Positions 1 through 9,120 of a stretch of DNA of 64,000 nt are shown here, piece by piece. The translations under genes and the position numbers were made by a program. The notes beneath the pieces are model-generated. The model was not told where the DNA came from. It saw only the letters and a list, made by a program, of their open reading frames with translations, and did no database searches. The DNA comes from a virus (Duplodnaviria; Caudoviricetes): IMG/VR virus record IMGVR_UViG_3300026493_000002; one strand, given 5' to 3'. The first letter of the stretch is position 1, and each line of letters opens with the position of its first letter.

Positions 1-343
1 TAATCATTTCGTAGAGACTGGTGTCCACCGACAGATGGATAGGATGTTGCGCCTCGTACCCTTCGGCAATAGGCAGCATCAGAGCCTTTACAAGGATTTG
101 CAGGTACGGCTCAGCCGTACGCTCCTGATCGACGTTCGCCCAGAACTGACGGACAGGAGTCTTCGAGCCACGTATGCGGGCCACAACCGCAACACCGTTG
201 GCATGAAGAATGTTGTGACAGCTACTGCATAGCGGAATCTGCAGGCTGTCCTTACCTCCACGTGACTGCGGAACAGTGTGGTGCCAATGCAGCACCGAAA
301 AGAACTGTTTGCAGATCGTGCAGTTGCCGCTACTGTCACCCAT
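1..343 (-). CDS. HNH endonuclease (3'-partial, runs off left edge; absent from the supplied ORF track)
   Basis: Manual translation from ATG at 343 with GGAGG SD: MGDSSGNCTICKQFFSVLHWHHTVPQSRGGKDSLQIPLCSSCHNILHANG..., open to base 1; CxxC...HHxxPxSxGG...LCxxCHxxxH is the HNH signature. Confidence 0.85.
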   Translation of the reverse strand, partial: MGDSSGNCTICKQFFSVLHWHHTVPQSRGGKDSLQIPLCSSCHNILHANGVAVVARIRGSKTPVRQFWANVDQERTAEPYLQILVKALMLPIAEGYEAQHPIHLSVDTSLYEMI

Positions 344-357
344 GGCGGCGCCCTCCG

Positions 358-1758
358 TCAGTCAATGTCGAAGGGCAGACTCCAGGACGACAACTTGTTC
401 CACCCGCGTGCGATAAGGGTGTTCAAGATGCGGCTCGGCATGACCCAGAAGAGGATCATGTTGGTGTTACGCGGGTTTGCGGTAAACTCGCGCGACACCA
501 TTACGTAGTGCTGACTGCTGCGGTCGTTGACCATGTCCAGCATCTGGCGAGCGAACTCTACCAGCACGTCGTCCTTGAGGTTACTGCCTGCCCGCTTGCC
601 CAACTGCGTCCGTGCGAACTGCTCCAACTTGGGCTTGTCCACAGCGAGGAGGGTCTGGTTCTTCAAGACCAGGTAGTCCTCGATCTGGATGTACTTGATA
701 CCGAACTGGTCCAGCAGCTTCTGCTTGCTGAAATTGTGGGTCACGGTGCCACTACCGACCGGTCGGTCACGGCGCGCAATGTCGTCGTGCGAATCGAAGA
801 TGGCAACCACGGGCGCACGGATGAAGTCGTACGGACCCTTGAGGCTCTTCGGCATGTTCGCCAGTTCGGACTTGACGTCCGCGATGCGCTCCTTGAGGAA
901 GGCATCAGGCGAGCGAGGGCCGTCCTCGTTGTCCTTCTTGACCTGCGGCTTGGCAGCAGCGGTCTTCGGGACCTTGTAGTTCAGGGGCTTGCGCGGCTTG
1001 TCGTCGTAGGACAACAGGTTGTTCATGACCTTCTTGTTGATCGCGGCAATGTCGCGCTCAAGGTCAGTCAGGTGGCCCGTGATCTTGCGAAGCATGTCCA
1101 GCGGTACGGAACTGGTACGCTTCACCTTGTCGATGATGTTTTGGGTGAGTTCGGCGAGTTTCGCCAGTGCATCAGCCGCGTTGTCGAGGTCCTTACCTTC
1201 GGGGAGAGACCCGTAGGTGGCGAGTGCCAAGTCGGCACGGTTGCCGAGAAGGACCAGCATCTGGCTGGCATCGAACTGACCGTCCTTCGCTGAGGAGAGC
1301 ATCTTCACCAGGCGCTTGAAGTCGTTGACGACCTTTTCAAGCTCTTCGAGGATTGTGCTGTCTTCCTGCAGGAGACCGTCTTCATTGAAGCGCGTGTTCG
1401 TCGCGCGTGCTTTCTTGAGGACACCGTCGAGGGCCTCGCGAAACTGGGGAATGAACTTGGATTTCAGGTTGTTGACAACCTGCTTGAAGGTGGAACGATC
1501 CATGTCGTCCGACTTGATACCTTCTTCCAGACCCGCCAACGTGTTCAGGATCGGCGTGATCTTCTTCTTCAACGGAGCCAGATAGGCTTCGCTGGTCGGC
1601 ATGCCACTGATGGCCTTGCCCGCAATGTTCTTGGCGTTGACGATGATCTTCTTCGCCGTCGAGCGGCTGGCGGTCTTTGCCAATTCGTCCACGAGAGCGG
1701 TGAGTTCATTTTCGGCCCTCGACAGGTCTTCGATGGCCTTGGAACGATAGTTGGACAT
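358..1758 (-). CDS. Hypothetical coiled-coil protein, possibly virion-associated
   Basis: Long ORF with typical codon usage; likely start ATG 1758 with GGAG SD; helical content; late-type GTAATTT motif upstream. Confidence 0.8.
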   Translation of the reverse strand: MSNYRSKAIEDLSRAENELTALVDELAKTASRSTAKKIIVNAKNIAGKAISGMPTSEAYLAPLKKKITPILNTLAGLEEGIKSDDMDRSTFKQVVNNLKSKFIPQFREALDGVLKKARATNTRFNEDGLLQEDSTILEELEKVVNDFKRLVKMLSSAKDGQFDASQMLVLLGNRADLALATYGSLPEGKDLDNAADALAKLAELTQNIIDKVKRTSSVPLDMLRKITGHLTDLERDIAAINKKVMNNLLSYDDKPRKPLNYKVPKTAAAKPQVKKDNEDGPRSPDAFLKERIADVKSELANMPKSLKGPYDFIRAPVVAIFDSHDDIARRDRPVGSGTVTHNFSKQKLLDQFGIKYIQIEDYLVLKNQTLLAVDKPKLEQFARTQLGKRAGSNLKDDVLVEFARQMLDMVNDRSSQHYVMVSREFTANPRNTNMILFWVMPSRILNTLIARGWNKLSSWSLPFDID

Positions 1759-1837
1759 TGCGATATATCTCCAAGAGGAGTTGAGCGGCATCATCCGGGG
1801 ATTCAGCCGAATATAGAGAGTGGACCTTACGGACCAA

Positions 1838-1843
1838 AATTAC
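1838..1843 (-). promoter_or_regulatory. STAATTT late-promoter-like motif
   Basis: GTAATTT on minus strand about 80 nt upstream of ATG 1758; same motif precedes plus-strand late genes. Confidence 0.5.
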
Positions 1844-1939
1844 GATGATAGATGGCGCCGTCCTGGGCCTGCAATAAATGGTGCTGATAAGAGGACGTGC
1901 AAACCCGAACGTGTGTAGCGTGTACGCGCATCTTCACAT

Positions 1940-1969
1940 AGTATACACGATGATAGTCGTGTGAAGCAA
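1940..1969 (-). promoter_or_regulatory. Sigma70-like promoter TTGCTT-N18-TATACT
   Basis: -10 TATACT at 1940-1945 and -35 TTGCTT at 1964-1969; flanked by AAACCCGA/TCGGGTTTGA boxes like the other two sigma70 promoters. Confidence 0.5.
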
Positions 1970-1986
1970 TGCTGAAACGTCAATGG

Positions 1987-1999
1987 AATCAAGCACTTA
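1987..1999 (+). promoter_or_regulatory. IHF consensus site AATCAAGCACTTA
   Basis: Exact match to WATCAANNNNTTR; shares 15/17 nt with the element at 37844-37860. Confidence 0.55.
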
Positions 2000-2147
2000 C
2001 AGATGACGTGAACGACACACGCTCGGGTTTGAAAGATCCTTAAATAGGCAAAGAAACAGCGGCCCACGCACAGGGCATGGACCGCTTGGAATCACCGCTC
2101 GGGTTTGATGCGGAGAGCGCCGAACTAGCGACGCCCTCCGGCTGGGA

Positions 2148-2588
2148 TTAACCGCCCTTGTCGAGCTTCTCCAGCTCGGCGCGAATCTCTTCGGCCGACA
2201 TATCGTCAATGTCGCGCTGCTCGCGGTTGGCCAGCGCTTCCTGCAGGCGACGCTTGGCCAGAGCCTTCTTGTTGGCCTCTTCGCGCTCGGCCTTCTCGGC
2301 CAGGCGGACGTCGATGATGTACTTGACGATGGCGAACTGGAGCTTGGTCAGTTCCAGGGCCTTGTTCGGGCCGCTCGCGTTGACGAACGAGGACGGCTCA
2401 CCGTCGTTCTTGGAGATCAGGCGGTTCAGTTCGACGGCGAGGGTGTCCAGCGTCACCTTCTGCGCGCGCGAACTGGTCAGTTCCAGATCCCACAGGTCCT
2501 CGACGGCAATGCTACCCTGGGCGGTCGGGATACGCAGCTTGATGCGCGATGCCTGGATGAACAGATCGTTGGTGTTGGTTTCGCTCAT
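2148..2588 (-). CDS. Conserved phage hypothetical protein (G-x-x-x-VEDLWDL family)
   Basis: 146 aa, GGAG SD; motif ASRIKLRIPTAQGSIAVEDLWDL followed by C-terminal coiled coil. Confidence 0.85.
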   Translation of the reverse strand: MSETNTNDLFIQASRIKLRIPTAQGSIAVEDLWDLELTSSRAQKVTLDTLAVELNRLISKNDGEPSSFVNASGPNKALELTKLQFAIVKYIIDVRLAEKAEREEANKKALAKRRLQEALANREQRDIDDMSAEEIRAELEKLDKGG

Positions 2589-2623
2589 GGTGTTGCTCCT
2601 TGTAGACTAGGTGTTGCGATGGA

Positions 2624-4684
2624 TTAGAAGGTGATCTTCAACTGGCGGTTGAACGAACCGCTGACCTTGACGATCACGGAGTCGCGCTTGGTGCTGCTGA
2701 ACCCGAAGCCCGACAGCTGTTCGCCGCCCGCCTCGGTCTTCATCTTGGAACCCAGGACCTCGAACACCTTGCGATGCTCGTTCAGGCGGCCGTCCAGGAA
2801 CTCGTTGAAGAAGCCACGAACCGGCTGCTCGTTGTTGGCACCTTCGACGATGAAGAAGTAGTGCTTGTTGCCGGTCGGCTCTTCGCCATCCCAGTGGTTC
2901 GGGCTGAGCATCAGCAGCTTGACCTTGTGGAACTCGCCGGTCGCCATGCCCCACACGTCGCGCGACAGGGACGAATGCGGCAGCGAGCTACCCCACGTGA
3001 TCTTGCCGTCCTGGACCGTGAACTTGGCGACAGGCACCATGCGATTGGTCGGGATGGCATTCGGGTAGGCGAACTTGCGCACGTCACCCAAGAAGTCGAT
3101 TTCAACCTCGAAGCCAACGTTGTCACGCTCACGCGAGGAGTACTGGTGCACCGCGAGTTCGTACTCACCGTTGACCAGCTTGCTGGCCTTCGGGAAGAAG
3201 ATGTTTTCGACGGGCTCACGCGTGGTGCCAGAGCCGGCATTCATATCGACGTCCAGCTGGCCGCCAGTGGCGTACTGGTGCTTGTTGCCGAAGTAGATGT
3301 GGCCAGCCGGCGACTTGAGGTGCAGGTCCAGATCGTCGTGGTTGTGCCATGCGAGACGGCAGCACAGATCACCGGTCACATTGCCACCAGCCTGCTTGAC
3401 GCGCTCCTTGATGCCGTCAGCCACGTCGCCGTTGTAGGCCCAGCTAAACCCGTTGCTCCAGCGGAACAGCTGGCCAGCAGTGGGATCGGCAGGCGCAACC
3501 AGCGTCATCAGGTTGCCCGTCTTCTCGCCATCGAAGAGGACTTCCATCGTTTCGATGTTCGGCAGCACGTCAGCCAGGAACTTCTCGATGGTGATTTCTT
3601 CGACCTTGTCGGTGCTGCGCTTGGCGACCTTGGTCGGCTTGAGCGCGTCGAAGGCATCCGGGTTGATCTTGCGCTTGGCGCTGCGGTCGGCGAACAGGAT
3701 GTTCGGCAGCTTGAGGTCAGTGACGACAGCCAGACGACGCTCCAGTGCGGACGTCAGGCCGAGCTCGGTCACCTTCTTCTGCGCGTTCTCGATCTGGGCC
3801 TTGGTGATCAGGGACTTCGGACGGCGGTAGTTCGCGGGGGCGACCATCGCCTCGAAGGCCTTGACCGATTCTTCCAGGTCCTTGTCTTCGCTCAGGTTTA
3901 CGATCAGCGAACCGATCGCGGAGTTGCGCAGGCCGGCGACAGCCATCGGCGTCTGCTGCAGGATCGACCACACGTAGTTCACTTCGGCTTCGGGCGGCAG
4001 CTTGTCGAACTTCTCCAGCAGCAGATCGAATGCGACCACGTTGTGCTTGTGTTCTTCGCCGCGATACAGGCTGCCCTGCTCGATCAGTTCCAGCACGGTG
4101 TCAACCGCATCGGACTTGATTTCCCGCAGCGCGCGCAGCAACACCTGATGCTTGGTACGCAGCGCGCCCAGGGTGGAGTCGCGGTCCGCGTGCGAGACTT
4201 GGTAGCGACGGTCGACGTTGACGTGGTAGTGTTCCCAACGCTCGACTGCGCCGTCGATGTAATCGCCGACGGTGACCGAGGCACCGAAACGGGCTTCGGT
4301 CGTCAGGAAAGGCTCGAAGACTGCCAGCGACTTGACGAACTTCGACAGGGCTTCACACACCTGATCGTAGGCATCGTCACCTGTGCGGATATCCCACACG
4401 GACGTCATAGAGCCGTCAGCCTCGATGGCGACAACGCCGCCGATGTTGCGGATCACGTTGCGGCAGCAGGCGCAGTCGTGCTGCGTGCGCTTGCGGAAGA
4501 TCGGATTGGTGCCGGCCGGGAACGCTTCGAGGTACGTGTTCCAGATGCGGTAACGGAAGCTGTCTTCCGTCTGCTGCGCACCCGACACGTCCACGCGGAA
4601 CAACGGCTTGGTCTGCATCGCAGCCCACTGCTTGCTCACGGCCTTCTGGATCTTGGAGAAGTCCAGGTCAACAATCTCGTTCAT
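2624..4684 (-). CDS. Conserved phage protein with N-terminal HDCxCC motif and YfaP/DUF2135-like beta domain
   Basis: 686 aa; QHDCACCRNVIRNIGG; LAWHNHDDLDLHLKSP...GGQLDVDMNAG...PVENIFF resembles the YfaP/DUF2135 repeat. Confidence 0.8.
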   Translation of the reverse strand: MNEIVDLDFSKIQKAVSKQWAAMQTKPLFRVDVSGAQQTEDSFRYRIWNTYLEAFPAGTNPIFRKRTQHDCACCRNVIRNIGGVVAIEADGSMTSVWDIRTGDDAYDQVCEALSKFVKSLAVFEPFLTTEARFGASVTVGDYIDGAVERWEHYHVNVDRRYQVSHADRDSTLGALRTKHQVLLRALREIKSDAVDTVLELIEQGSLYRGEEHKHNVVAFDLLLEKFDKLPPEAEVNYVWSILQQTPMAVAGLRNSAIGSLIVNLSEDKDLEESVKAFEAMVAPANYRRPKSLITKAQIENAQKKVTELGLTSALERRLAVVTDLKLPNILFADRSAKRKINPDAFDALKPTKVAKRSTDKVEEITIEKFLADVLPNIETMEVLFDGEKTGNLMTLVAPADPTAGQLFRWSNGFSWAYNGDVADGIKERVKQAGGNVTGDLCCRLAWHNHDDLDLHLKSPAGHIYFGNKHQYATGGQLDVDMNAGSGTTREPVENIFFPKASKLVNGEYELAVHQYSSRERDNVGFEVEIDFLGDVRKFAYPNAIPTNRMVPVAKFTVQDGKITWGSSLPHSSLSRDVWGMATGEFHKVKLLMLSPNHWDGEEPTGNKHYFFIVEGANNEQPVRGFFNEFLDGRLNEHRKVFEVLGSKMKTEAGGEQLSGFGFSSTKRDSVIVKVSGSFNRQLKITF

Positions 4685-4726
4685 CGAATATCCTCTTTGT
4701 AGACTGAGTGGTACTGCTAGGTGTCT

Positions 4727-4978
4727 TTACAGCTTCTTGCGGCGCGTGCGCTCGGGTTTCTTGGGTTCGGCCCGAGCGCCTGCGATTTCGATTTCCTCTT
4801 TCGAGGCCGGGACCTCCTTGCCGGCACAACGTCCGGCAAGTGGTACCCATCGGTAGTTCATGACTCGCCCGTACCAGGTGTCCGAGTAGATCACCTGGAC
4901 CTTCTTGCAGTGAACACATTGACGACGCCTGTTGCCGAGCAATCGCGCAGGCGGGTGATCTTCCCAGGCGTGTCTCAT
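4727..4978 (-). CDS. Small hypothetical protein with CxxC motif
   Basis: 83 aa filling the gap between flanking genes; CVHC; basic C-terminus. Confidence 0.6.
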   Translation of the reverse strand: MRHAWEDHPPARLLGNRRRQCVHCKKVQVIYSDTWYGRVMNYRWVPLAGRCAGKEVPASKEEIEIAGARAEPKKPERTRRKKL

Positions 4979-4982
4979 GTGG

Positions 4983-6524
4983 TCAGTCCTTGAAGAATGG
5001 GCGGAAGTCGTCCAGCTGTTTGATCAGGTAGCCCATCGGCTTCTTCATGCGCTTCTCCAAGCCGCTCTTGTTCTTCTCAACCTTCTTGCGATCGGCCAAG
5101 AGGTCGTTGCGGCTCATGTTGCGCAGGCTGATGATCGGGCGGCCGAGGACATACTTCGCGTCCTCAACTTCGACCTTGGCCTTCTTGGCGTAAACCCGAT
5201 AGACCTCGTCGTTGGTCTTGAGCTTCTTGTCCTTGAGGATCTTCATGATGAAGTCGATCAAGTCCACTGCCTGAATCAGCAGCGAGAGGCGGTGAATCTC
5301 CTTCTCGTCCTGCTTGATCCAGTAGGCGCAGGCCTTCTTCTCCAACGACACACGCCACTTCACCCACAGCGTGAGGACCTTGGGTAGGGTCATCGCCTTC
5401 ATCTTGGCGGCGGCCTGGCCCGTCTCGTCCTTGTAACGGCGGGTGAAGTTCAGCACGTAGCTTTCACGTGCGGTCATGATCGCCTTGCACTTCTCGATCA
5501 GGCGCTGCAGGCGGTTGTCAGCCTGCTTCTTGAACACCACGACCATCTTGCCGTAACGGTCCTTGGTGTCCGAGTCGTCCATCACGGTCTGCACGCCGTC
5601 GAAGGCCGCGATCTTCTCCAGAGCCTTGAGCATACTGGAGTAGGCGAACGTGGTGAACGTCAGCGTGCGCTTCTTCTCGTCGTAGTGCGACTCGGAGTGC
5701 AGTTCAACACGGCCACGCTTGGTCGAGAACAGAGCCTTGCGGTGTTCGTCGTTCTTGCCCGTCTCGCGTCCGCCGTAGGTACCGACAACCCGAAGCGTCT
5801 TCGCCAGCAGCTTGGGCGTGAGCTCCTCACCGTTGTATGCCGCCTCGAGGACCTTCAACACGGTTTTGCCGTCGAAGGATGGGATGTTCGCAGTCGCACC
5901 AGGCGCGATGCCGAAGCGGCCGTTGAGGAACAGCAGCGGGATCAGCGCAGGCAGCGTCAGCGGCTCGACGTCCTTGGAGTCGTAGTTCGGCACCATCTCC
6001 ATGACCGGCAGATAGAACTTGTCGAACAGCACGGCATCCGCAAACTTGGACAAGCGAGCTTCGGTGTATCGCATTGCTGCGTAGCCAGGCTCGGACAACG
6101 AACCCCAGTTGCCTTCACCGTCGACCAACGCATGGCAGGTGTTGTTGACCTTGCCTTCGTTGTTCGCCATGCCGACCATGGCGCCGTAGATCGCGCTGTC
6201 ACCGTGCGGGTGGAAGCGGCCCATGGCGTCACCGACGATACGCGCAGCCTTCATGTGAGGCTTGTTGCTGTGCGTGCCGAGTTCGTGCGCGGCCCAGAGG
6301 ATGCGACGATTCACCGGGTTCATGCCGTCACGGTAATCCGGGATGGCACGATCTTCCAGCACTGCGTTGCCGTATCGTTCGTAGGAGGAGACGCTGAAAT
6401 CCTCCAGCGACTGCTCGATGACGGCAACCGCGATCTTGGCCGGCGGGCCCGAACTGACCTCGCCCTTCTTGCCGCGCTTCACTCGGGGCTTCTTGTCTTC
6501 TTTGGTTTTCTTTGCCATCGTCAT
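4983..6524 (-). CDS. gyrA: Type IIA DNA topoisomerase subunit A (GyrA/ParC-like, no C-terminal pinwheel)
   Basis: RAIPDYRDGMNPVNRRIL, FHPHGDSAIYGAMV, catalytic AAMRYTEARL; ATGA overlap with gyrB stop. Confidence 0.95.
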   Translation of the reverse strand: MTMAKKTKEDKKPRVKRGKKGEVSSGPPAKIAVAVIEQSLEDFSVSSYERYGNAVLEDRAIPDYRDGMNPVNRRILWAAHELGTHSNKPHMKAARIVGDAMGRFHPHGDSAIYGAMVGMANNEGKVNNTCHALVDGEGNWGSLSEPGYAAMRYTEARLSKFADAVLFDKFYLPVMEMVPNYDSKDVEPLTLPALIPLLFLNGRFGIAPGATANIPSFDGKTVLKVLEAAYNGEELTPKLLAKTLRVVGTYGGRETGKNDEHRKALFSTKRGRVELHSESHYDEKKRTLTFTTFAYSSMLKALEKIAAFDGVQTVMDDSDTKDRYGKMVVVFKKQADNRLQRLIEKCKAIMTARESYVLNFTRRYKDETGQAAAKMKAMTLPKVLTLWVKWRVSLEKKACAYWIKQDEKEIHRLSLLIQAVDLIDFIMKILKDKKLKTNDEVYRVYAKKAKVEVEDAKYVLGRPIISLRNMSRNDLLADRKKVEKNKSGLEKRMKKPMGYLIKQLDDFRPFFKD

Positions 6525-8461
6525 TCAACCCCGAACAGAACTTTGCGGAAGGCGGGACTCGGTCCGAGCAACTGCTCGAATGCCTTGCGACCCTTTGCCT
6601 CCGCGTCGATGATGCGAATGAGCGTGCGCTCGTTCGGACGCATGGCGATACCGAGGTCGTCGGGATTGATTTCACCCCAACCCTTCAAGTACGTCATGTC
6701 CACCTTGGCGCCGCCCACCTTCTTGGTGACTTCTTCCTGCGTCATGCCGAAGTACACCACGCCCTTGTGCTTGGCCTTGAACAGCGGGCTGCGCACTGCG
6801 TACACACGACCATCGCGGAGCAGCTGCGGCATGAACCGGAACAGGATCGCGAGGATCAAGGTGTCGATGTGGCTGCCGTCAACGTCTGCGTCGGTCATCA
6901 GGATGATGCGACCGTACGCGGGTTCAGCGTTGGCCTTCTTGCCGCTCAGGTCCACGCCGAGTGCAGCCAGCAGGCCCACGACTTCGGCATTCGCATTGAC
7001 CTTGTCCTTCTTGGCAGCAAGCACGTTCAGCGGCTTACCGCGAAGAGGGTACACAGCCTGGAACGACTTGTCGCGCTTCTGCTTGGCGCCGCCGCCTGCC
7101 GAGTCACCCTCGACGATCAGCAACTCGCGGTCCTCGATAGGCACGCGCCCGACAATGCCAGCCAACTTGGTGATCAGGCCCTTGCCAGCAGCCTTGACGT
7201 TCTTCACCAGCTTCTTGTCCTTGAGGAAGTCGGACGTCTTGGAGCGCAGCAGGGTGGCGCGTGCGATCAGGTCGCGAGCCATACCCTTGTTCTTGGTCCA
7301 GAACTCGGTGAACTGCTCACTGAACTGCGGGTACGCAACTTCGTACACGCGGTTGTCGACCAGCTTGTCCTTCGGCTGGTTGTTGAACATGGGTGCGGCG
7401 ATCTTGTAGTTCACCAGACCCATCAGACCGTCACACAGGTCCTTCTGGGTGAATGCCGGGCCGTCAGACTTCTTGCCCTTGCGCTTCGACTTGCCCTTGC
7501 CGCGAGCCTTGGCCTTCTGGGCCTTGGCTTTCTCCTTCTCCTTGACGCCAGAGAAGTCGACCAGGGTATCGTACAGCGCCTTCTGGAGTGCGCGCGTATG
7601 CTCACCACCGTCCTTGTTGAACAGGCCGTTGGTGTACGCCTGCACGAGGTCACTGCCTTCGGCGTCAGTAAACCCGATCGCCACGTCGGCTTCCTTCGTG
7701 CTGAACACGATGGGCTTGCCGGTGATCGTTGCCTTCACCTGCTCGATTTCGTAGGCGAGGAACTCCTGCGGGCCGGCAGTCTTGAAGGTCTTGGTCTTGC
7801 CGTCGGCCTTGGTGAACTTCACCTCGAGGCCCTTGACCAAGTACGAGGTCAGTCGGCACCATTCCAGCGCGCGCCTCGTACCCATCTTGGCGCCCTTCTG
7901 GAAGAGCGTCATATCGGGTTCGAGCATCACGACCGTGCCCTTCTTGGGCTTGATGCCGTGCGGCATCTTCGGTGCTTTGGTCTTGTACGGCGCCTTTGCC
8001 AGCTTGGCGTCCTTGTACTCGATTGCCCACCACTGACCCTTGCGGAACGTCCACACGGTGAAGCGCTTGGCCATGGCGTTCGTCGCCTTGATGCCAATGC
8101 CGTGCGTGCCTCGGCTGATCTGGTCGCTATCGAAGTTGGAGCCGCCGTGGGTCAAACCCGTGACGACGTACAGCTTGGACAGCTTCTCGCTCTTGCCGTG
8201 TTCGTTCTCGAAGGTGTCGTGATCGACCGGGATACCTTCACCGGCGTCAAGCACCCAGTAGATGCCCGGCTTGGAATCTTCGATCAGGTGTACCAGCTTG
8301 TTCTCACCACGCAGTGCGCCGTCAACGCAGTTATCTGCGGGTTCGCGCCAGCAGGTCCAGAGACCATCACTGTCGGGTGCGCCGATATATGGAGTCGGCT
8401 TTTTCCTGATGCCGAGAAGTCCCGCGAATCGCTGGATCTTCGGTGCAGTCTTTTTGGCCAT
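6521..8461 (-). CDS. gyrB: Type IIA DNA topoisomerase subunit B (GyrB/ParE-like)
   Basis: GHKL motifs EPADNCVD, DAGEGIP, HGGSNF, GTHGIGIKATNA; TOPRIM IVEGDSAGG, PLRGKPLNV, MTDADVDGSHI; YLKGWGEINP. Confidence 0.95.
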   Translation of the reverse strand: MAKKTAPKIQRFAGLLGIRKKPTPYIGAPDSDGLWTCWREPADNCVDGALRGENKLVHLIEDSKPGIYWVLDAGEGIPVDHDTFENEHGKSEKLSKLYVVTGLTHGGSNFDSDQISRGTHGIGIKATNAMAKRFTVWTFRKGQWWAIEYKDAKLAKAPYKTKAPKMPHGIKPKKGTVVMLEPDMTLFQKGAKMGTRRALEWCRLTSYLVKGLEVKFTKADGKTKTFKTAGPQEFLAYEIEQVKATITGKPIVFSTKEADVAIGFTDAEGSDLVQAYTNGLFNKDGGEHTRALQKALYDTLVDFSGVKEKEKAKAQKAKARGKGKSKRKGKKSDGPAFTQKDLCDGLMGLVNYKIAAPMFNNQPKDKLVDNRVYEVAYPQFSEQFTEFWTKNKGMARDLIARATLLRSKTSDFLKDKKLVKNVKAAGKGLITKLAGIVGRVPIEDRELLIVEGDSAGGGAKQKRDKSFQAVYPLRGKPLNVLAAKKDKVNANAEVVGLLAALGVDLSGKKANAEPAYGRIILMTDADVDGSHIDTLILAILFRFMPQLLRDGRVYAVRSPLFKAKHKGVVYFGMTQEEVTKKVGGAKVDMTYLKGWGEINPDDLGIAMRPNERTLIRIIDAEAKGRKAFEQLLGPSPAFRKVLFGVE

Positions 8462-8626
8462 GATATGTCACTGTGATAGGAGAGTGCCCTGCCCACATGG
8501 GGCTGGTCAAACCCGATGTGGGCAAGACACGCGGACAGGATGTATAACGCAATGAACGCTCCGCAACACACTGGAAGCGGAGCGTTCATCATGCCGAGGC
8601 TAAGCTCGGCGGCCGGCATTCAGCGA

Positions 8627-9001
8627 TCAGTCGGCGTCGACCGGGCGCTTCTTCTTCTTGCCGTCCTTGGACTTCTTGCCCTTCTTCTTGAGCTTGTCCT
8701 TGTTCTTCGACTTCTTGGCCTTCGGCGCTTCGTCTTCGTCGCCGTCGTCTTCGTCGGCGGCCGGCTTCGACTTCTTGGCCTTGGCGGTCTTCTCGGTCTT
8801 CGACTTCTTGCCAGCCTTCTTGCTGGACTTGGCCGGCTTGGCAGCCTTCTTGGCGGTCTTCTTCGCGGCCGGGGCGGCGTCGGCGCCTTCCAGGGCAGCG
8901 GTCAGAGCTTCATTGGCGGCATCGACGGTTTCGACGGCCTTGGCCAGGGCCTTCTGGGCAGCTTCGACGGCCTTGGCGGCCTTCTTGAGTTCACGGGACA
9001 T
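8627..9001 (-). CDS. Small K/A-rich protein with coiled-coil N-terminus and basic/acidic blocks
   Basis: Likely start ATG 9001 (MSRELKKAAKAVEAAQK) with GAGG SD; low-complexity AKK repeats and a DEDDGDEDE block. Confidence 0.8.
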   Translation of the reverse strand: MSRELKKAAKAVEAAQKALAKAVETVDAANEALTAALEGADAAPAAKKTAKKAAKPAKSSKKAGKKSKTEKTAKAKKSKPAADEDDGDEDEAPKAKKSKNKDKLKKKGKKSKDGKKKKRPVDAD

Positions 9002-9070
9002 TTCTAATACCTCGATAACAGGGTTGTTGGATATGGGTGTGTGTAACATGGTGGAGCGGTGTTGCAACGA

Positions 9071-9094
9071 ACAGGGCTCGGGTTTGAGCCCTGT
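9071..9094. terminator. Perfect 9-bp hairpin with the TCGGGTTTGA box spanning its loop
   Basis: ACAGGGCTC-GGGTTT-GAGCCCTGT just downstream of the stop at 9121; U-tract weak. Confidence 0.55.
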
Positions 9095-9120
9095 CCGATC
9101 AGGCGCCGGCTGGCAGACGA

